Of a stretch of 64,000 nt of DNA, positions 58,418 through 64,000 are shown one piece after another (within the stretch, counting starts at the first letter, position 1; each line of letters begins with the position of its first letter). Source of the stretch: Candidatus Latescibacterota bacterium. GTDB taxonomy: Bacteria > Latescibacterota > UBA2968 > GCA-2709665. Where the stretch lies: assembly GCA_965219995.1 (NCBI GenBank), contig CBDCOX010000002.1, positions 3,456,001 to 3,520,000 of the forward strand. Reading direction: 5' to 3'. The notes beneath the pieces were generated by a model, which worked only from the letters and a program-made list of their open reading frames with translations, searched no databases and was not told the DNA's origin. Position numbers and translations under genes: made by a program.

Positions 58418-59167
58418 ATGACGCCGATCGAGCAGGCGCGTGAGGCCATTGAGCAGAGCGATATTGAAAAGTTGGAAGCGCTGATTGCATCCTGTCCGGA
58501 CCTGCCGAACATGAGGTCGGAAGACAACGATCGCACGCTGCTTCATACGATCGCGGACTATCCGGGGCACAAGCCAAAGGGCATTGAGATGGCCCGGCTG
58601 GTCATCGACGCGGGGGCCAACGTGAACGCGCGATTTCAGCACGGGCAGATCGAAGCGGTCAGGGAGACGCCCCTGCACTGGGCGGCCAGCAACGACGACG
58701 TCGATCTGGCGGAGCTGCTTCTGGACGCAGGGGCAGATATCGATGCGGACGCCGGCGTTATTGCGAATGGCACGCCGATTTGGAATGCCGTCATTTTTCG
58801 CTGCGTGAACGTTGCGCGTTTGCTGATCGAACGGGGCGCGGCGTCGAACCTGATGACTGCTTCGGGCGCCGGGCGACGAGACCTCGTGGAGACGTACTTT
58901 GACGATCACGGAAACGTGACGGAGACCGCGGGTGCGCTGCCCTGCTGGGATGCGCCGCGGCCGCCGCAGACGACGCTGGACAGCGCGTTCGGATTCGCGT
59001 GTCGAAACGGCCACGCGACCATCGCAAGGGTCCTGTACGAACGCGGCGCCGATCCGGGCTGGGTCAACCCTGCCGGCGAATCCTCATATCAACAGGCGAA
59101 GACCGGCGGTCACAAGATTGTCATGGACTGGATGAAAGCCCGCGGCCTCGCGCCCGACGACGAATGA
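58418..59167 (+). CDS. Ankyrin repeat protein
   Basis: TPLHWAAS...LLLDAGAD and GH..IAR.L..RGAD repeats. Confidence 0.88.
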   Translation: MTPIEQAREAIEQSDIEKLEALIASCPDLPNMRSEDNDRTLLHTIADYPGHKPKGIEMARLVIDAGANVNARFQHGQIEAVRETPLHWAASNDDVDLAELLLDAGADIDADAGVIANGTPIWNAVIFRCVNVARLLIERGAASNLMTASGAGRRDLVETYFDDHGNVTETAGALPCWDAPRPPQTTLDSAFGFACRNGHATIARVLYERGADPGWVNPAGESSYQQAKTGGHKIVMDWMKARGLAPDDE

Positions 59168-59304
59168 ATCCGGACGCACCTTCTCTCGTCTTTCTTGGCG
59201 ACGATTGCCGGGGCGGGTCGTACGTCTTGCGGATTCGTCTCGCAGCCGGCGACGCGTGGTGGACGTCCCTCCCCGCGCGGCTCCGCGCGGAATTTGATAT
59301 CTGA
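59164..59304 (+). pseudogene. Truncated remnant resembling the N-terminus of a DUF123/GIY-YIG nuclease
   Basis: ATGA overlap with the ankyrin gene; GGSYVLRIRL motif then unrelated sequence and an early stop (46 aa). Confidence 0.45.
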
Positions 59305-59342
59305 CAAAACGAGACCTGCTCCCTATCGTCCTTCACGTCCCA

Positions 59343-60365
59343 TCAGGCATTTTGACGGGTTTCCTCAAACCTTCGTAGCACCTGATCCGGTGACGCGGTG
59401 CCGGTTGTTCCGATCTGCTGGATGGTAATGGACGATACCAACACGCCGAGCCGCGCGGCATCGACGTACGAAGCGCCCGCACATAGCGCGGAGGCAATTG
59501 CGGCGGAGACGCTGTCCCCCGCGCCCACCGTGTCGACAGGACCGGGCACCGGGATTCCGGGAACGCGGTGAATCGTGCTCCCATCGTCAGAAAGGATTCC
59601 CTCGGCGCCAAGCGTGATGTATACGGGTCGTCCGGTGCGTGTGGCAAATTGCCGGATTGCGGCGTCCAGGCCCCCCGCCTCTTCCGCGCCGGAGTCGCGG
59701 GATGTCGCTGCGAGCGCCTCCTCGCGGTTGACCTTGGCGATCACCTTATTAAACCGGCCGATGCGTGAACGGGAATCCGCGAGGAAAACGACATCGGGGT
59801 GCGCGCCTGCAAGGCGTGCGATTCCCTCGCGAACGCGGTCCGTAATCACGCCGCAATTGCGTTCCTGGATCTGGTCCAGTACAATTACGCCGTGGACCTC
59901 GCCAAGCAGACTCTCAAGGGCGGTGAGGATGCGGTCTTCCGCGCCTTGTGGAAGGGGCGAGCGATTCTTGATATCGAGCCGCTCCATCTCCTGTCCGGTC
60001 GAACTGAGAACCGGTTTGGTGTAGGTTGGCGTGACCCGCCCCGGGATTTCCATCAGTAGTCGCGTATCCACACCCGTCGCCCGCAGGCCCGCCTTCAGAT
60101 CGTACCCCTGCCCGTCATCGCTGATCACCCCGAGCGCCCGGATCCGACCCACGCCAAGGCCATCGAGATTACTGGTGACGGTTCCCGCCGCGCCGGGGCG
60201 GTTTCGAACCTGCACGACCTGCCGGGTTTCGAGCCCGGTCTCCAGCGAAACTTCAGCGAGGTCCGGATCCACGATGAGATAGCGATCCAGGAAAAAGTCA
60301 CCGATAACCAGAATGGCCAGATTGGAAAACCTGTTCAGCAGCTCTTGCAGATCGGAATGGGTCAT
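59343..60365 (-). CDS. PfkB family kinase (RfaE/HldE kinase-like)
   Basis: VIGDFFLDRY, PGAAG and DTVGAGDS motifs. Confidence 0.88.
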   Translation of the reverse strand: MTHSDLQELLNRFSNLAILVIGDFFLDRYLIVDPDLAEVSLETGLETRQVVQVRNRPGAAGTVTSNLDGLGVGRIRALGVISDDGQGYDLKAGLRATGVDTRLLMEIPGRVTPTYTKPVLSSTGQEMERLDIKNRSPLPQGAEDRILTALESLLGEVHGVIVLDQIQERNCGVITDRVREGIARLAGAHPDVVFLADSRSRIGRFNKVIAKVNREEALAATSRDSGAEEAGGLDAAIRQFATRTGRPVYITLGAEGILSDDGSTIHRVPGIPVPGPVDTVGAGDSVSAAIASALCAGASYVDAARLGVLVSSITIQQIGTTGTASPDQVLRRFEETRQNA

Positions 60366-60377
60366 AACGACAGCGGG

Positions 60378-61253
60378 TTATCCCGCAAGTGTTCCTGCGG
60401 ATGGATCCTGCGAATCGAGAAGATAGTCGACGAGGTTCTCCTGGCTCCGAAAGTCCGGGACGATCAGATCCGCCCCCGCCTGGATCAGACGTTCGCGTTT
60501 CCAGGCATTCACACCCCGGCGTCGAGCCTCGTCCGACGCGACCCCCACGGCCGTTCCACCCGCTGACTTGACATTTTCGATCTCCACGTATCCGTCACCG
60601 AAACCCAGCAACTCCCTGCCCCGGATCCCCTCGGTGGCAATCAGATCCCGGATCACCCGTTCTTTGGAAAAATCCTGATATTGATCCCGGGCGCCGTAGA
60701 TGCGATTTTCAAAGAAGGGCGTCAGGCCCAAAAGGGCGGCCTCCTCTTTTACGTAGATTTCGTCGGTCCCGCTTGCCAGGTACAGCGTAAGTCCCCGGCG
60801 TTTCAGGTTGCGAAGGAGATCCAGCGACTTCGGCACCATCAGGTCTTCCGCGGGAACCGCGCCGGAACGAAGACGTTGAATGCGGCCGCTTATGTGGCGG
60901 TTGAGCCGTTCGTGATAGCGGTGTTTGCAGGCGACCGGATCCGGCGGCGCGCCTCCTCGTTTCCGCGCTTCCTCGGCAAGCCGGATCATCTGGTAGATGG
61001 TCTGTTTTCCCGTCAGCCGGTCCACGAAATCCGCGACGACAGACGTCAGTTCGGCTTCGGATTCGCCCGAGTTGCATTCGCCAAGGGTTTCAACCATCAT
61101 CGGTACCATGATTTCCCGCCAACCCTGGCGTATCAGCGACAACGTCCCATCGAAATCAAAGAGTACGGAGCGATAGCCGCCCCGTGTCACCCCCGAACCG
61201 ACCTGTTCGATTCCGGCCTTCTTCAATGAAACGTTTGGCTTCCCTGGATTCAT
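60378..61253 (-). CDS. HAD family hydrolase
   Basis: FDFDGTLS, LASGT, K and GDG motifs. Confidence 0.88.
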   Translation of the reverse strand: MNPGKPNVSLKKAGIEQVGSGVTRGGYRSVLFDFDGTLSLIRQGWREIMVPMMVETLGECNSGESEAELTSVVADFVDRLTGKQTIYQMIRLAEEARKRGGAPPDPVACKHRYHERLNRHISGRIQRLRSGAVPAEDLMVPKSLDLLRNLKRRGLTLYLASGTDEIYVKEEAALLGLTPFFENRIYGARDQYQDFSKERVIRDLIATEGIRGRELLGFGDGYVEIENVKSAGGTAVGVASDEARRRGVNAWKRERLIQAGADLIVPDFRSQENLVDYLLDSQDPSAGTLAG

Positions 61254-61315
61254 TCACCCAGCCCATGTTGAGGGGACGACGTGGATCTGAGAAACACCGT
61301 TCCGACGGAAAGCGC

Positions 61316-61343
61316 AATCTAAGTCCGCTTCAGGAATTGTCAA
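61316..61343 (-). promoter_or_regulatory. Putative promoter for the HAD-kinase pair
   Basis: Minus strand TTGACA-N16-TAGATT. Confidence 0.45.
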
Positions 61344-61476
61344 GCGGTTAACCCGCCTGTACGTTCGTTTTCAGGTTCAAATCTGCTTGTGAAATTTCAA
61401 TTCTACATTATCTTAATGTTGTATCTGTTTTGTGTGCGAAAATGAAGGAGGATGAGAGGCGTTTCAGGGGCTGGCT

Positions 61477-62145
61477 ATGGATCGGCAGGTTGTGAAGCGT
61501 TCGTCCACCCGTACGGGTGAATTACAGCTTGCGTCCGTTAAAGCCGGTCAGGATACCCATTTCGAACTCATCGTCAACGGTGTCGTCCTGATGGCCACCT
61601 ACAATGCGTCGTCCAATCGCGCATTGATGGAGGCCGTCATGGAAACATCGAGGTCGGGCAGGCACATCGACCTCCTGATCGGTGGTATGGGATTGGGAGT
61701 CTCCCTTCGCCAGGCGCTCGCCTATTCGAATGTGCATTCCGTGTGTGTGGTGGAACTCGAATCCCGGATTGTCAACTGGAACCGCGAGTACCTGGACAAT
61801 GCCGATATTCTGGACGATGCGCGTACGGAAGTGGTCGTTGGCGATTTTTACGACTACATAAAAGGAAATCCCCGAAGCTATCACGGCATTGCGCTGGATA
61901 TCGACAACGGTCCCGACTGGGTCGTACGTTCGGAAAACCGGCGCGCATACAGCGTATCGGCGCTGCAGACCCTGAGAACGCGGTTGCGATCGGGTGGAAC
62001 TCTGGCGATCTGGAGCCATGCCGTCAACCGTTCTTACGAACGCGCGCTGGACCGTGTCTTCGGCGGGGTGACTCTACAGCAAACGTGTGACCATAACCTG
62101 ACCGGAAAACCGCTCGAGAGCATCATCTACGCGGTTCGGGCCTGA
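61477..62145 (+). CDS. Spermidine synthase-like SAM-dependent transferase
   Basis: LIGGMGLG, VVE and LDIDNGP motifs. Confidence 0.82.
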   Translation: MDRQVVKRSSTRTGELQLASVKAGQDTHFELIVNGVVLMATYNASSNRALMEAVMETSRSGRHIDLLIGGMGLGVSLRQALAYSNVHSVCVVELESRIVNWNREYLDNADILDDARTEVVVGDFYDYIKGNPRSYHGIALDIDNGPDWVVRSENRRAYSVSALQTLRTRLRSGGTLAIWSHAVNRSYERALDRVFGGVTLQQTCDHNLTGKPLESIIYAVRA

Positions 62146-62175
62146 CCGGCAGGCGTAGACCTCTGGAAAGGAATT

Positions 62176-63486
62176 TTGTGGATGGACAAAGACTCACTCA
62201 CCATTACGGATAATCGCACCGGAAAAACCTACGACGTTCCCATTCTTTATGGCACATACCCCGAATACGGCGCCGCCATTCGAACCGCTGACTTGAAGCA
62301 GATTAAGGTCTCGGAGGACGATTTCGGGCTTCTCGGGTACGATCCGTCGTATCTGAATACCGGCTCCTGCCAGAGTTCCGTGACATTCATCGACGGCGAG
62401 AAGGGCATCCTCAGATACCGCGGATATCCAATCGAGCAACTCGCCGAGCGCAGCACCTACCTGGAAACATCGTATCTGCTGTTATACGGCGAACTTCCGG
62501 GACGGGCACAACTGGATGCCTGGAACGCGTCGGTGATGGAATACATGAGAGCTGAACCGAAGCTGACCGAATTGGTGAGCGGATTCCGGAAAGGCTCCCA
62601 TGCGATGGGAATGATGGTGGGCGTGTTGGGGTCTTTATCCACGTTCTACGACAATTCAAGAGACATCGGCTCGGAAGAGGAGCAGGAACAGCATGTCCGC
62701 CGGCTGATGGGCATGGCGCCGGTGGCCGCGGCAGCCGTGTACCGTCAAAGCCAGGGTCTGGACGTTGTGGAACCCGATCCATCGTTGGGGTTCTGCGCCA
62801 ATTATCTGAAGATGCTGTTTGACGGAACGAGCGCATACAGACCCGATCCGGCGCTTGAACGGGCGCTGGACGTCCTTTTGATATTACACGCCGATCACGA
62901 ACAAAACTGCAGCGCCAGCACCATGCGCGGCGTCGGGAGCAGCGGCGCAGACCCCTATTCGGCCGCGGCGGGAGCCGCCGCCGCACTGTACGGCCCGGCA
63001 CACGGGGGTGCGAATGAAGCCGTGCTGAAAATGTTGAACGAGATCGGATCCGTGGACAATATCCCCGCGTACATCAAGCGGGTGTATAACCGGGAAGTGC
63101 TCCTGCAGGGCTTCGGGCACCGGGTATACAAGAATTACGATCCCAGGGCCGCGATTATCAAGAAGACTGCCGAGGAGGTATTCGAAGTCACCGGCAGGAA
63201 CCCGCTCATCGACATCGCGGTGGAACTGGAGCGCATTGCGCTTGAGGAAGAGTTTTTCGTATCCCGCAGCCTGTATCCGAACGTGGACTTCTATTCGGGT
63301 ATCATCTACCAGGCGATGGGCCTGCCAACGGACATGATGACGGTGATGTTCGCGGTGGGCCGGATGCCCGGGTGGCTCGCGCAGTGGAAGGAACTGCTGC
63401 AAGACAAGGAGCAGCGTATCGCACGTCCGCGGCAGATTTACACGGGAGAAGATATCCGGGACTATACGTCGATGGGCGAGCGGTAG
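62176..63486 (+). CDS. gltA: Citrate synthase
   Basis: IDGEKGILRYRGY, HADHEQN, HGGANE, GFGHRVYK and PNVDFYSG motifs. Confidence 0.97.
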   Translation: MWMDKDSLTITDNRTGKTYDVPILYGTYPEYGAAIRTADLKQIKVSEDDFGLLGYDPSYLNTGSCQSSVTFIDGEKGILRYRGYPIEQLAERSTYLETSYLLLYGELPGRAQLDAWNASVMEYMRAEPKLTELVSGFRKGSHAMGMMVGVLGSLSTFYDNSRDIGSEEEQEQHVRRLMGMAPVAAAAVYRQSQGLDVVEPDPSLGFCANYLKMLFDGTSAYRPDPALERALDVLLILHADHEQNCSASTMRGVGSSGADPYSAAAGAAAALYGPAHGGANEAVLKMLNEIGSVDNIPAYIKRVYNREVLLQGFGHRVYKNYDPRAAIIKKTAEEVFEVTGRNPLIDIAVELERIALEEEFFVSRSLYPNVDFYSGIIYQAMGLPTDMMTVMFAVGRMPGWLAQWKELLQDKEQRIARPRQIYTGEDIRDYTSMGER

Positions 63487-63509
63487 GAAACGAATCTGTC
63501 ACAATAACG

Positions 63510-63554
63510 ATAAAACAGGGCGCAAAAGCCGTCGGCTTTTGCGCCCTGTTTTAT
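63510..63554. terminator. Bidirectional terminator
   Basis: 22-bp perfect inverted repeat ATAAAACAGGGCGCAAAAGCCG/CGGCTTTTGCGCCCTGTTTTAT. Confidence 0.85.
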
Positions 63555-63607
63555 GGGCTCTTCAGCACGGTAACGCGCGGAAGGGCCTCTTTATTTCGTT
63601 CTTATCG

Positions 63608-63898
63608 TTAATTCAATGGATGGGTATCCATGTACTCGCGCACGGCATTCCTGATCACTGTTTGAATACCTCCACCGTGTTTCGTGCAGTATTCAAAGGT
63701 TCCCCGGTCTATCGGAATCTGCGCCAGTATTTCGGTCTTTTCCCAATCTTCAGCGTTCATGAAAGGTGGCGCGTCCGGGTCGGAACGTGCAGCTGCGTTC
63801 AATTCCTCTTCCGTCAACACAGCGACCCGATTCCAGTCTGTCTTTGAGTCTTCCGGCAGGTCATCACGGGAATATCTCACGATATTTTCTTCGCTCAT
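63608..63898 (-). CDS. BrnA-like antitoxin
   Basis: TDW.RV..LT.EE...AA.SDPDAP motif and a C-terminal RHH-like G.G.QT.I..A.R.YM. Confidence 0.75.
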   Translation of the reverse strand: MSEENIVRYSRDDLPEDSKTDWNRVAVLTEEELNAAARSDPDAPPFMNAEDWEKTEILAQIPIDRGTFEYCTKHGGGIQTVIRNAVREYMDTHPLN

Positions 63899-64000
63899 TT
63901 CGATTGGCTCTCCGTAATCTTTCCGGTTATCGATAATCGTGAAAACGGGTCCATCAAAAACGCGCGCCGCGGACAAGAAGCTCACGCCGTGTTTCTGAAT
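63899..64000 (-). pseudogene. BrnT toxin N-terminal half, in frame with brnA (start outside the window)
   Basis: IQKHGVSFLSAARVFDGPVFTIIDNRKDYGE then directly PIE-MSEEN; the C-terminal RIISAR half is absent. Confidence 0.65.

Overview
GC-rich bacterial chromosome window with about 50 genes. The gene content (PorV-like protein, FlgD/T9SS-type C-terminal sorting domain, cohesin/dockerin-like modules, plant-type LRRs, ankyrin/TPR/HEAT repeats, two PhyH dioxygenases, sulfatase, heparinase-like lyase, DUF6785-type transporter) suggests an FCB-group organism such as Ca. Latescibacterota, possibly a marine-sponge symbiont; this is inference, not a classification. Housekeeping genes (fmt, yajC, tgt, proS, polA, gltA, eda/kdgK, dsbD, TRAP transporter) are interleaved with a catabolic operon (16-26.7 kb). 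After polA lies an accessory block: a complete IS1380 with terminal inverted repeats and a 4-bp target duplication, a translationally coupled pair of STAND-like P-loop ATPases (the second with wHTH and 43-aa TPRs) behind a palindromic operator, and three secreted cohesin/dockerin proteins carrying Cache and LRR domains. Other signals: a dispersed 9-nt-periodic repeat just upstream of several start codons, a 17-bp direct repeat flanking a CocE gene, a structured tgt leader with a likely ATC start, and three 5'-only gene remnants including an in-frame BrnT-BrnA fusion. No rRNA, tRNA or CRISPR array was seen. Family assignments come from motif recognition; no database searches were run.
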